DNA of 63,346 nt, filler included, from Rhabdomonas costata (Eukaryota): NCBI GenBank assembly GCA_019059605.1. It is 53 parts of 53 records of this genome, joined end to end, with 100 filler letters (N's around TTAATTAATTAA, not from the genome) between each part and the next. Parts side by side here need not be neighbours in the genome. Positions count along the whole stretch, not along the records: positions 50,282 to 51,378 come from JAHMHO010028789.1; positions 51,479 to 52,576 come from JAHMHO010028790.1; positions 52,677 to 53,773 come from JAHMHO010028791.1; positions 53,874 to 54,969 come from JAHMHO010028792.1; positions 55,070 to 56,165 come from JAHMHO010028793.1; positions 56,266 to 57,362 come from JAHMHO010028794.1; positions 57,463 to 58,559 come from JAHMHO010028795.1; positions 58,660 to 59,755 come from JAHMHO010028796.1; 45 more parts are not named here. One strand, written 5' to 3'. Made by a program: the position numbers and the translations under genes. The notes under the pieces are model-generated. The model was not told where the DNA came from. It did no database searches and was given only the letters and a program-made list of their open reading frames with translations. This document shows, piece after piece, positions 50,547 to 62,735 of the stretch (positions are counted from its first letter, which is position 1; each line of letters begins with the position of its first letter).

Positions 50547-50604
50547 CGCCTGCAAATCTTATGATCCCAACGACGCGCCTGCAAATCTTATGATCCCAAC
50601 GACG
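50547..50604. repeat. Perfect 29-bp tandem duplication
   Basis: CGCCTGCAAATCTTATGATCCCAACGACG x2. Confidence 0.92.
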
Positions 50605-53600
50605 CTTCGAAACATAAACTAAATAACGCGCAGAGTCTAAACCTATGCAGCGTACGGTTAATGCGCACACTCTGGAGAAGGAAACGCCAGGTCCACGAAA
50701 CCCCAGCAAAAATTTCCAATACAAAAACTAGAACGGGCATCCACACCTACCCTTTTTTAATTTTTGTTTTTTCCACAAAAAATGCGGCATTTCACACACG
50801 CACTTCCAGGAGGAACGGACAACACTTTTTCTACTGCAAGCACCAGATGCGTTGAGATTCACCTTAGGGTAGACAAAAACACCGCGCCCCTGCTGACTGG
50901 GGAAGGGGGTCTTTGGTCTATTGGGGGAAAAGGCCTTTTTTTTTTTGCCAATGTAAGGTTTCAGGCAGAACCCAGGTTGGTCTCGGGGTCTTGTCCTTCC
51001 CCAAAGAGCCCGTAGAGCACGTAGAGGTATTCCTCCCTTACCGATGAAGTGCGAAGCGAGCATGCCTTACCGCTTCACAAGGTGCCTCCCCTCCCCTCCT
51101 CAACTGCAAGGCAGCAGTACAGGAGAAGCCCGGCCCACCACGGGCAGCATCTCCGCGGGCACGGCGCTGCGTCCGGAAACGAACCGCAGCAGCGGCCGCA
51201 GCCGGGTCAGGTCCACTGCACGGGGCGACGGACCGGCCAGGGGGAGAAGCCCCACTGCAGACAGGGCGGAGCACTCTTGGGAGGTGTCCACGGCAACCTG
51301 TGAGGAAAAGGGAGGCAGGGAAAAAGGCAGCTCGTTGTGAAATGCGGCCTTATCAAAACGGGGGATGTCGACAAAACCNNNNNNNNNNNNNNNNNNNNNN
51401 NNNNNNNNNNNNNNNNNNNNNNTTAATTAATTAANNNNNNNNNNNNNNNNNNNNNNNNNNNNNNNNNNNNNNNNNNNNGGGTTGTGTGGGCCCGCTTGCC
51501 TTTCTGGTCTGCACGTAATCTGTCACACCATTTGGGAGGCGCAGAATTCCACTCAACAACAGACAGGCATAACTGTTCCTAGGTAAGAGGTAAGACCAAA
51601 AAGGTCTGATTGAAACGACCCCACCCACCGACAGCCTGCCCTGTTGTTTCGACCTTGTGTGGACACACACCGGCTGAGCGGTTCAGAGTCAATCTGGTGG
51701 GACCATTCGTGATTTTGCGCGCGGGTTGGACTGGGAGTGGGTTCTGTTCAAGGAAGCGCTCTCGTTACGCAGCCGCGTTCTGTGCTACTGCGGCAATTCT
51801 CCGAGCGAGTGGGGCCTGCCTTTCTCACTGGCGCAGGCACTTTTTGGTAATTGGGGCCAGCTTTAGGGAAAGACGCTGCGGGGGTGCGTATGAAGTGTGC
51901 GCATTAGTGATGGCTCTGCTTGGGTGTGGGTTGTCAGGTGGTTGGGTACAACTTGCCCAACGCGGTGGGCTCCCTGGTGCTCTCTGTGGAGCTTTTGGCG
52001 AGCATCTGGGCAGGTGATCCCCTGTCTTTTGTTCTCTTGTGCTGTGCGTGCCTGGAGTTGGCAGGCCCGTGCGAGGCACACGCTTCATTGATTGGCATAG
52101 AGTGCTCACCTCCGGAACACAGTGGTGCCACGGGGTTACCGGCTCACCGCCACTGTAACATCGCCGTTGCCCTGTGGGTCCCTGGCTCAGGCGTAGCTTG
52201 TCACTCAGATATACGATGTACAGGGCTTGAATTGGTACTGCCACTACTGTTGCTGCGGCTGACGGGTGCAGAAGCACCCGTACTCCACCGGTATGATGAA
52301 GACAGAGATACCTTGCATTAAAACGGATCGATCTTGCAGATGCAATCCAGCCGAAGGGATAGTGTGCCAGAACAGACGAAAAATACGTGTTCATTGCGTT
52401 TGCGTGTCGCACAGCATACCAGAGGATCGACGTGCGTGGCGCATTTGTTTCATGCATACTCGGGGAGGGGCCCCGATGCCACAATGCCCCCCCCCCTCCC
52501 CGAATCGCCTTTACGAAGTTTCGAAAGAGGCGTTTTCTAAGATATGAGTTACATCAGAAGGGCATCACCCAACCCCNNNNNNNNNNNNNNNNNNNNNNNN
52601 NNNNNNNNNNNNNNNNNNNNTTAATTAATTAANNNNNNNNNNNNNNNNNNNNNNNNNNNNNNNNNNNNNNNNNNNNGTGGTGGGTGTGTTTGGTGGGGTT
52701 GGGGGAGCTAGCATTCAACCCGTCCTCCGCCCTCACGGTCGGAGCGGCTGGGTGGTCCAGAAGACACTACCGTTGTTGTGGACCGCTTCGGTCCATATTT
52801 GATTATTATTAAAAGTAGGTAATTTACAAATCAGGGTGAAAATTATCGGAAACGTCAATGTAAAGAAGGGTTTTGGTTGAATTTAATTGACATATCTCAC
52901 TTTGAACTGAAATGTTTGAACTCGTGCAGTGATACGAATACAACGCGCCGGGGGACAACAAGGAAGGCCGCATGGGGGGGGGGGGAGCGATTTGGCTCAT
53001 GTTTCAAGGGTGCTTGGTCACACGAGTGCCACCGTCACACATGCAACAGTGGTCAAGTAAAATAACATGGAAACACCTCGTTAAGAGTGGCCTCGAAGCG
53101 AGCCACGGCCTCGGTGTGCTCCGCGTCCTTGGCGTGAATGAGTTGCTGACGAGAGCCCACACAAGGTGGGGGTTGGGAAATCGACGCAAATCGACACGGG
53201 TAAGGCGGCGGACGATGGCCAAGCAACCTTCTACCGTTTGGGCAACCCCAGCCAAACTCCGCTGAGTATTGCAATGTACGTATATGGTTTGTAGGTAAAG
53301 ACATGATGGGGATTTCGGGAAATTAGCCCAACTGTGAGCTGATGGGCTGCGATTCATATTCCAGGGGTTTGACGCGACGCATGTTCCAGAGGGTTTTGCA
53401 GCACAAGTTGGAAATGAAAGAGGTAAGAGGGATATTCTGGGGTGGTGGAGAACCCCCCCTACCTCCCCACCGGCCAACTTCACGGGACTCTGCAGACAAC
53501 ACAGAACTTCCAGAAGGGCATCACGGATGCCCCCCTCCCCATGGGGCATACGCTGCGATTCAGAAATCTGGATAAACCACTGGAAACTTCCACTAAATTA

Positions 53601-55463
53601 TTCCCTCAATTCCCTCTGTTGATCTCTGTTTGCACGGGGAAAGGGGCTTGGGGCTTGTTTTATCCAACCAACAACCACCTCACCCACCTCTGTCTGTCAG
53701 TCCTCTCTCACTCCTCACGCTTGCCTTCTTTCTTCCAAAACCATTTCCCCCCCACCCCCAAACACACCAACACNNNNNNNNNNNNNNNNNNNNNNNNNNN
53801 NNNNNNNNNNNNNNNNNTTAATTAATTAANNNNNNNNNNNNNNNNNNNNNNNNNNNNNNNNNNNNNNNNNNNNGGTTGGGTGTAATCAATGTTTATAACA
53901 TCCCGTGGGAAAAAATTCCCCTCTTTTTCAATTCTGCAACGGACACGAGCTTCCGGTTTTGGTCTATGGCACAGGAGTTTGGCCAGCAGACTCAGATGTT
54001 CTGCGGAGTCGCGGGAGACACTGAGGATGCAGAACCTGTGGAAAGCAGCATTACTGAAACCGAGGCGCTGAAGCAGGCGATGACTGAGTTCCAGCTGCTC
54101 CCCAAGTTGGTATTGCATTTCTTAGCTGTTCAGACTTGCTTTTTTTACGCCTGTTTTGCTGCTTTTGTTTGACAGCCTTTCTCAGGATATAATTTGTCCT
54201 GTGTACGTGTGCTGTTTGTTCAGCAAAGTTGGGAAAAAAAGATCAGCTGAAGGGCCTTTTTTGGTCATCCTATTTTATCTGAGCCCATTTTGAACTATTT
54301 TCTCCTGTTGTGTGTCCCTTTCATCTTTTACTTATCTCTTTTCTTTTTGCGGTTCTGCGGGAAACACAAACACAAAGATCAGCACGAAAAAACGAATGGG
54401 AATGCCATTCATGACACCCAACCTTCTCGGTTGTTTGCGCTTCTGGTCACATTGTCTTTTGTTTTTTAATTGTTGTGCTCCTTTTTCTCAGACTGGTCGA
54501 GTTGTTGCTCGTACTGTTCGTCCTGATCAAGAGGCTATAGCTCAACTTTCCAGGAAATATGATGAGCAAACACTGGGCTGCGATGAAGAATTTCAGATAA
54601 GGTTCCCTTTTGTCTGCTGTACCTGCGCCTTCTGTTGGGTGCTCGGGAGTTCACTCTTAATACCAGGTTGGCGAACCCATTTTTGGGGTGGCGTCTACCT
54701 CCGGGTCGCTTTTTATTCTTTGCTGTAGCCAATGCCGAGCAAAAGTTCGAGTTGACAGTTTGACCGTATATTCCGAGTCTTGACATTTTCCTTGTTTTCA
54801 ACAAAAAATTTCTTTTTTCCGCTGATGAACAAACAAGAATGCAAGAGGGCTGGGGTCTGAAATGAAAATATTCACACAATTTTGATGATTTTTATTTTTC
54901 ATCCCGGACAGGGAGAGCTTTTTCTTCCATGTACATCTATTGGTTACGAGGGCACCCCTCCACCCAACCNNNNNNNNNNNNNNNNNNNNNNNNNNNNNNN
55001 NNNNNNNNNNNNNTTAATTAATTAANNNNNNNNNNNNNNNNNNNNNNNNNNNNNNNNNNNNNNNNNNNNGGTTGGGGGTTCTGGACAACGCACTTCCGCA
55101 AGTTTACAGAACTCCCAAAGCCAGCCCTACTTTCTAGGCACCGAAAGCCGCAACAAACGAGGAAAAAGACAAATGAGGGGGAAGGGGCGCGTGTCTGAGC
55201 ATAAAACCGTGAGAGATGGAGATAGGCGAGTGTCAGTAAAAACCTCTCGCAACCAGAAAATCGAACGATGGTCAAGCGGATGGGGGAGAGGAAACGCAAG
55301 TCGGAGGAGTTACCGGAGGCAGTTCCAGTAGGCAGGCAGCTTTTGCGCGCCCATTGCTTGATGGAGGGGGAGGGGTGAGAAGATCGATGGAAATAGGGAA
55401 GTCAAGAAGTGGACGCTGTGTTTCGGTGTGTTGGCAGCAGAGAACTCTACAGGGCGGGTGTAC

Positions 55464-55886
55464 TGATCCCGGTGCCCGGGGGGCTGCTGCACCACGGGCA
55501 AGCCTTGGCTTTGGAGGTGTAGGCGACCCAGTCCGCCTTGTTGCCAGGCACCTTGCACGACGGGCACTGCACCCTCTCCGCCGGGTTCAGAATGGGATAC
55601 CCTTTGAGTCGAAAGCCACACACATATGCCTTCCGTTTCTATAAAAAAAACAGAACAACTGGGAGTTTGTGAACACTAAAGGAGCCTGGGCCTTCGTTTG
55701 CAGCGCCCCGTCAAAGAGCCAATATTTTTGGTTGCCATTACATGCAATGCGGGGGGGGGGCAGAATTTACCAGTGATTGCGCACGTCTCGAAGGACTCAG
55801 AGCACTGCTCGCACCGCAGGGCCCCCTCGAAAATCGCCGCGTTGCACTTCGGGCATGGCACCACAGTCAGCTTGCGCTCAATCGCT
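55464..55886 (-). CDS. IFT172: Intraflagellar transport protein 172, C-terminal exons (55886-55771, 55601-~55464)
   Basis: Spliced translation: AIERKLTVVPCPKCNAAIFEGALRCEQCSESFETCAITG-YPILNPAERVQCPSCKVPGNKADWVAYTSKAKACPWC. Matches the protist IFT172 tail (C..C....FEA.L.C..C......C.VTGYPI ... DW). Confidence 0.75.
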
Positions 55887-56265
55887 CTGTACCGCAAAAG
55901 CCCCAAACACGCACACACACACACACAAAGCAGGGGACAAAGCCAAAGACTGCACGGCGGTCTCAAGCGCAGTCGACAACCAAAGGCGTCCATGTGCGCA
56001 CGCAGAAGAAAATTATTTAGGAAATTTGGATTGGACATGCATTGCAGCATGGGATTGAGGGGAACATGTTCGGAAAAGCCTGGACTTTTGGGACTCAAGT
56101 TGACGTAGTGACCAGGCTTTTCCGAACATGTTCCCCTCAATCCCATGCTGCAATGCATGTCCAACNNNNNNNNNNNNNNNNNNNNNNNNNNNNNNNNNNN
56201 NNNNNNNNNTTAATTAATTAANNNNNNNNNNNNNNNNNNNNNNNNNNNNNNNNNNNNNNNNNNNN

Positions 56266-56665
56266 TGTGGTTGGGTGGTAACCTCGAGCTGGGCAGCTAA
56301 GGCGACAAACCGCTCCACATCCAGCTCTGCCAGTACTAAACTCCGCAGGAGCGGGTGCTGAAGTCGGGGCCCGGGCACACTCTCCGAGGCTTCCACTGCA
56401 ATTTCACGGCAGGGGTCTCTAACCGAAGGATCAGTACAAGAGCTCTGCAGACTATGGCCCTCCTCCTGTTGTTGCTGCTCTAGCTCAGGCGAGACCAAGC
56501 GAAGCAGCTTGGAGCGGACATCGACACAGCTTTGGCGAGAGGGCACTCCGCATAGCAGCAGGACGGGAGCGGCAGAAAGGAGGGTGGGGTGAAGGTTTTC
56601 AGGTCCGAGCTCGATCATCGCACCACGAGGAATCGCAAAAATGAACAAGGTAAACAGCCAATGAC
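56266..56665 (-). CDS. Thioredoxin/PDI-like domain lacking CxxC, with an insertion; 3' truncated
   Basis: Hydrophobic leader WLFTLFIFAIPRGA, then MIELGPENLHPTLLSAAPVLLLCG...LVLAELDVERFVALAAQLEVTTQP, following the Trx-fold pattern. Start not resolved. Confidence 0.5.
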
Positions 56666-59226
56666 TGTTAAGAGTACGCACAGGAGACAACCCATCAATA
56701 AAAAGCAGGAGTATTGTCTGGGTCTGCCCCAGAATCGAGGAGCATACAGTTAGGTCTGATCGTCTCCAAAATGCCATACAAAGTGGGTGCAATTACAGAA
56801 TCCATCGAAGGCAGCCGTGGGGAACAATCTGGTTCACCCACCCAAACTGAAAGCAATTCACAAGGGAGACCCCATCGATAGACCTTCACCCCCAGAATTC
56901 TTGACTGACGACAAGCAGAAGGTTGGAGTTATTTGGAGTAATTTCCGTAGTGCACTTTGCGCGTTCGCACGTCCCGTATAAAATACGGCACATTAGTGCG
57001 TAGGCAGACATAATATAATGCAGCCGAGCCGCATTCTCCGGAAGGAAACACAAAAGCGCCTTCTTCCCCCAAAACAGCAGAAGCCAAAACCGGCACATAA
57101 AAGGCGGCTTGTGCAATAGAAGTGCCTTACCTAACGCCAACAAGCACCAAACATCAGAAACAAAACACTCGAACAATGGACCATCGAGCCGCCACTTCCA
57201 CAAGATAGTCAATGTGTGTGTGGATAGGAGACTCTAAAAAGCAGGCTGGCGGCAGATCCTCCCCCAGAACGATCCTATGCGCCAACCCCAGTGACAGTCC
57301 AGTTCACTTTCACCCTAGAGACGATGGAAGCCAAAAAAGCAAAAACGCTTCTCCCACAAAAANNNNNNNNNNNNNNNNNNNNNNNNNNNNNNNNNNNNNN
57401 NNNNNNTTAATTAATTAANNNNNNNNNNNNNNNNNNNNNNNNNNNNNNNNNNNNNNNNNNNNGTGGTGTTGTGTCAACAGGTCACATTGGGCTATGTGAC
57501 GTGGGACAACACGTTAACAAACCAACCCATGTCAAACGTGTCCTCTGGATCAACGGCGCTTAAGAAACAACTTCACCACTAGCGGCCTTCTACTTGAATT
57601 GGTCCTCCGTTACTTGCTGTATGTGGCTACCGCTGTTGTACACAGGCTGCCACTACATTTACATAAGGTGGACTTGTTTGGTTGTTTGGTTTACCCGCAA
57701 GTTTACAACATTACAGCCGGACATTGCCGTGGTTTCCAGTGACATCCAAAACTTCATAGCCCCATAAATCGCATAAATTCTACACACCACGGGACATTGG
57801 AGCCGCCATAAAAATTTACACCCAGACCATCGTAGCTAAAGTTTCTAACACCATTCCCACTCCAACAGCACCACAGCAATCTACCAACACACACAAAATT
57901 CACAAACTCTGACAACGGCACCAAAATCCAATGCACTGCACTGCACGACTCCAAACCAAAAACATCACCACATCGCAAAAAAAAAACGCAGCCCAACCAA
58001 CAACTACCACCCACAGACCAACACAAACACACAGTCAAGGCCCAAGCACCAGCATCAACAGCAACACAACTCAGACAGTACCAATATCAACTACAACACA
58101 CCAAACTCAAAGCACATAACACCCTACCCACACCACTCTACGAAAAACCACGACAACCCAACAGCAGAGCCAACACAACAAAAACCAACACAACAACGCA
58201 CAACACACCAAACACCAAACACTGACACCACGACAACCATAAAAACTACCACACCAACCAAAAACCAACTACCAAACTCCACCCGATCAGAGACATTACG
58301 AAAACCAAACCCAAACATCCCAACGCCACCACAACACCAATTACAACGATGCCAACACTACAACACCAATTCCAATCACGCCAGGACCAACACAACACCA
58401 GCCAAACACACAATTTCTTGGTTGCAGCGAGAAGGAAAGAATGACGTCCAACTCACTAACATGAAAACAAAGTACAAATCACAAATTCAAAATGTTAACA
58501 ACATGCGACGCAGATATAATATTTGGTTCACACCTTACGCTAAAAATTCACCAACAACCNNNNNNNNNNNNNNNNNNNNNNNNNNNNNNNNNNNNNNNNN
58601 NNNTTAATTAATTAANNNNNNNNNNNNNNNNNNNNNNNNNNNNNNNNNNNNNNNNNNNNTTGGTGTTTGTCCGATAGAGAGTCTGATCAAGACAATAACT
58701 TGTTTCTGTCGGAATATAACTAGTGCGCCCGCTCACTAACTGATTTTATGATGCGGTGGTGTCCTCTCGTGTCACCTTGGATAGACAGGAGAGAGCGTGA
58801 GAGGGGGTTCGGGAGGGGTTGGCGGGAGGAGTGCGTTGCGATTTGTATGGTTTGAAATGACAATGGTTTGCTTTTCCAGTAGAGATGGCACTACAGCGCG
58901 CCCTAAAACTGGCGAAAACGTTAACGGACGAGTTGAACAGAAACCCAGCCCAAGCGTGATTGATGTTCTCAGCTCTTCGGCCTGGCGTAGCCCCTATTGA
59001 TGGTACAACACCGGAATGGATGGAAGGGCACGGCACTCGTTTTTGCTCCCAAACCTGGTCCACACACGAACAACACGGGCATCGTGTGAACCGAAATTTG
59101 TTACAAGTTAGGGATGGAGAATCGGTTGGAGAATGAGAAATGTGCGTGTTTGGTCTCGGGATGTAATGTTCACCCCGATGTTCACCTCCTTTATTTACGG
59201 GTTGGTTCTGATGCACATGCTCTTAG

Positions 59227-59349
59227 TGTCCGTGGACTGCATCGGATGGTTCGGGGCGGGCCATGGGTGCCCAGGCGACTCTGTTATGTCGAACGCCTCC
59301 TCTTCGCCGTGCCCGTCTGGTTCCTGCACTGCCAGGGACTGCTGCGCTG
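59227..59349 (+). CDS. 6-Cys repeat exon of the same module family as 43207-43579
   Basis: 123-nt phase 1-1 AG..GT exon: SVDCIGWFGAGHGCPGDSVMSNASSSPCPSGSCTARDCCA. Confidence 0.7.
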
Positions 59350-60176
59350 GTGCTGTCTTTTCTGCGCTCTTCCGTCGCGTGTCATTTTTGTCCTGCTCGT
59401 CCTTATTTTGGGCTATGGTTTTTGCGCCCTGATGTCATGGACCGCTTCTTCGAGTGCAACCTGCATCGGTGGTTAGTTAGTATCTGGTGGTTGATTACAT
59501 GTTTCCCTCACTTTTTGTTAGCGATGGTCTCCCTCGTTGCTCAATTTTCTCCTTCGTTGAAGGAGATTGCGTATCGACTGGAAAATGCCCAATCCTCTGC
59601 TTTATCTCTTTTGCACTCTCGCACAGTTAGATAAGCTCGCCTGCTTTCTTCTATGCCCGTTGATGCTCTGATGTTGTCTAAAAACTCGCAACGAGAAATG
59701 TTCGGAGTCGCGGTGATCTTGGCAGAGAGTCGCGTATACATGGAAACACACCCCCNNNNNNNNNNNNNNNNNNNNNNNNNNNNNNNNNNNNNNNNNNNNT
59801 TAATTAATTAANNNNNNNNNNNNNNNNNNNNNNNNNNNNNNNNNNNNNNNNNNNNGTTGTTTGGTCGAAGGACCAGTTGCGTTGATTGATGAATGGGCTG
59901 GGGCATACAGTGGTATACAATTCGCAGCGTGCCGTTTGCCGTCAAGGGGAAGGCAAGTGGGGCGGCTTCTCAGCGGGGATGCTTTTGCGCGGCCTCCGCG
60001 GCACTCTTCTGGAGGACTCGGTTGATGGTGGGGATGGTGACATTGAAGGGAAGCTTCCTGTTGAGGACATCCAGGCACTGGACACCGGGAAAGCGGCCAA
60101 AGCCGCGTTCCGAGGAGGAGAGGAAGTACGGATGTATCAATCTACGTATTATTTTATTTCCCTTTTTCTTCCTCCT

Positions 60177-60243
60177 TGTTTGTTTGTTTGTTTGCTTGCC
60201 TGTTTGGTTGGTTAGTTGGTTGGTTGGTTGGTTGGTTGGTTGT
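60177..60243. repeat. (GTTT)/(GCTT)/(GGTT) tetranucleotide microsatellite
   Basis: Directly visible. Confidence 0.9.
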
Positions 60244-61618
60244 TATCTAATAATTTCTCTATTTCAAGAAGAACGCTGCTTTTATTGTGTGCAGGAAAAA
60301 ACCTGTTCTGACTTTTCCATCGTTTTTATCAAATCTGAGGATGCAGAGTTGGGGGAGGGGGTCTAACACCGATGTCGAGCAGTGTTAGGCACTCACTTAT
60401 CCTGCGCAACCTTCACCCCCACAAGTCAAATCGAACACAACTCCAACCTCAGCAGTCCAATGTCGTGGCCCAGCAGCCACAGTAAATGAGTAAATGGAGG
60501 GGACCTCTCCCAAACACACCTGACCCATATTCCCCAAATGAAAAATTCCTGCTCCCCCCTCCCTCGATCTCATGAGATGTGGCCGTTCTTGATGGACTTC
60601 GCACGGCAGGGCCCCGCGGAGGTCATGAAGGGGATCCCACTGAAAGTGGCGACACCACTCTCGTCCGTCTTCAGCCCGTCCAGCACCGGCTGAAACACCT
60701 TCACGATCAATCACGGTCAAGCGGTTAGCACCCAAGCAAACGGGAAATGTGTCATCTCAAGACAAGGGCAACGATTGACTTTCCCTCTTGACCCGACCCT
60801 GGCAAACTAGGACAAGTCCTAAACACAAACTTGGAGTATCACCAATCGAAAAAACGATTTTTGATACTCAGAACAATATCGGTTGACACTCGAGAAGCCA
60901 AACTTTCAGCCAGCAAAAGAACCAGAACCAGAAAGGGTGCACAACCACACAANNNNNNNNNNNNNNNNNNNNNNNNNNNNNNNNNNNNNNNNNNNNTTAA
61001 TTAATTAANNNNNNNNNNNNNNNNNNNNNNNNNNNNNNNNNNNNNNNNNNNNTTTTTTGGGGAGGAGGGATAGATATGGTACCTCACAGAGGTAAAAACA
61101 AACGCAACAAATCAATTATCAAATACGCCGCACCACAGTCACGCACCCTGCAACAACAAAAAAACAAAATATCTCGGCAATAGCTTCGATCACAGACATG
61201 TATCAGCACACGAGAACATCCAAGCACACTTCTTAAACACATGGTTGACAGCGTCCGATAATTGGCGATGCTTTTTTTCAGCTCTTCTTTGCTTTGCCAG
61301 TACCAGAAGCTGGCCCAAATTCGTCATGAATGGTATATGAATGGTATATGAATGGTATATATATACAAAACACGAAGGCACAAGACGAGTTTGGACACCA
61401 TCCATTAATCCGTCTCTGCTCATCAAGTCAAAGCATAATTGACAGAAAAACAAGTTGCGAAGGCTTTGCATTACATATTCGTCTTCACGACGCAACTGGG
61501 TTCGGATAAATGCAGTGGGAAGAACGTCACTGTTGCGAAGAAGTTCCTTTGCTTTTGAGAATCCGGTGTGCGGGAACTGCGCAAAAACCACGACCATCAC
61601 CCGCGGACATGGACATAC

Positions 61619-61732
61619 AATTTCCACATCCTCAAAGCCGGTCAGCACCAGGGTCTTCAGCAATTCACAGCCGATTCCTCCAGCGCCCACCACGAGAACA
61701 CGGGACGTGCTGGTTGAAAAAGAGGAGAGCAT
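61619..61732 (-). CDS. UBA2: SUMO-activating enzyme subunit 2 (UBA2/SAE2-like E1), first exon
   Basis: MLSSFSTSTSRVLVVGAGGIGCELLKTLVLTGFEDVEI, then a GTATGT donor. GAGGIGCELLKxLVLTGF is the UBA2 form of the ThiF motif. Confidence 0.85.
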
Positions 61733-62249
61733 TCGTCATCCTTGGGCGTTTGATTGTCGAATGAGGACATCACAACAAAAAACCCCGGAAAGTCAGTTTG
61801 CTTTATCAATGCACGCAACAAAAAGCCTGCGGAATACCATACCAATACAGCCATACAAAAATTTCAATATAAGGTGATGAACACTATAAACCGATAATAA
61901 CATAAAAATAAATGTCGGGGTGTGGTCAATTTCAGGCCCCCCCTTGGTGTGAGTATTGTAACGAATGTTAAGACGGTAGAAACCGGTTTTTAGGTCTGGA
62001 ATTTCGTTACGTAATCGCTCATGACTAAAATCGTTCCTCATAACATGGATTTGGATTCATTTACCATCAGGGGGGTTGGTTTCCCCCCAGAAAGTTGCTT
62101 TTACTTTGAATTGGGTTAGGTCGGGTGGGTGCTCCCCCCCCCACAAACCNNNNNNNNNNNNNNNNNNNNNNNNNNNNNNNNNNNNNNNNNNNNTTAATTA
62201 ATTAANNNNNNNNNNNNNNNNNNNNNNNNNNNNNNNNNNNNNNNNNNNN

Positions 62250-62725
62250 ACATCTACAAAGCGATGCTCGATGTTGTGCGCTTTTAAAACTTCTTTTAGC
62301 TGTTTATTAATATACTCTTTTCCGTTGTCAGTAGTTATAATTTTTGGGTTATAGTGTTTGATTATGGTTTTCATTCCCTCTGTGACTGTTTCACTTTCCT
62401 TTGTTTTTAATGGAACAACAAAGGCTTTTCTCGTGAAGATATCTATTGCAACAAGTAAATATTTGAAATATGAATTTGTAGTTGAAATGTTCGAGAAATC
62501 CATCAAATCAATCTGCAGGTGCTCATGTGGTTCGAAGCTTGTTATTGGAAAATATTTCTTTGGTTTCACAGCAGGTTTCAAGAGTTGTGCTGTTTCCTGC
62601 TTACCTATAAAATCTTGAACTTGCTTTAATGTTATTCCGTCTTTTTTAACCTTCTGAAATAATTTGTTTGCCGAAATTAAACCAATCTCTGGGTTATAAT
62701 ATATCTCATTCAGTTTTTGGTCCAT
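62250..62725 (-). CDS. Retroviral-like (rve) integrase, Polinton/Maverick/virophage type; 3' truncated
   Basis: MDQKLNEIYYNP...SANKLFQ......ITLKQVQDFI.KQET.QL.K N-terminus typical of Maverick integrases. QIDLMD, YLLVAIDIFTRKAFVVPLKTK and TDNGKEY supply the first two catalytic Asp. Confidence 0.92.
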
Positions 62726-62735
62726 ATAATTACAC

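Noticed and set aside
51825-52484. 219-aa minus-strand ORF
   Set aside because: No domain signature, and the composition does not look like the host exons.
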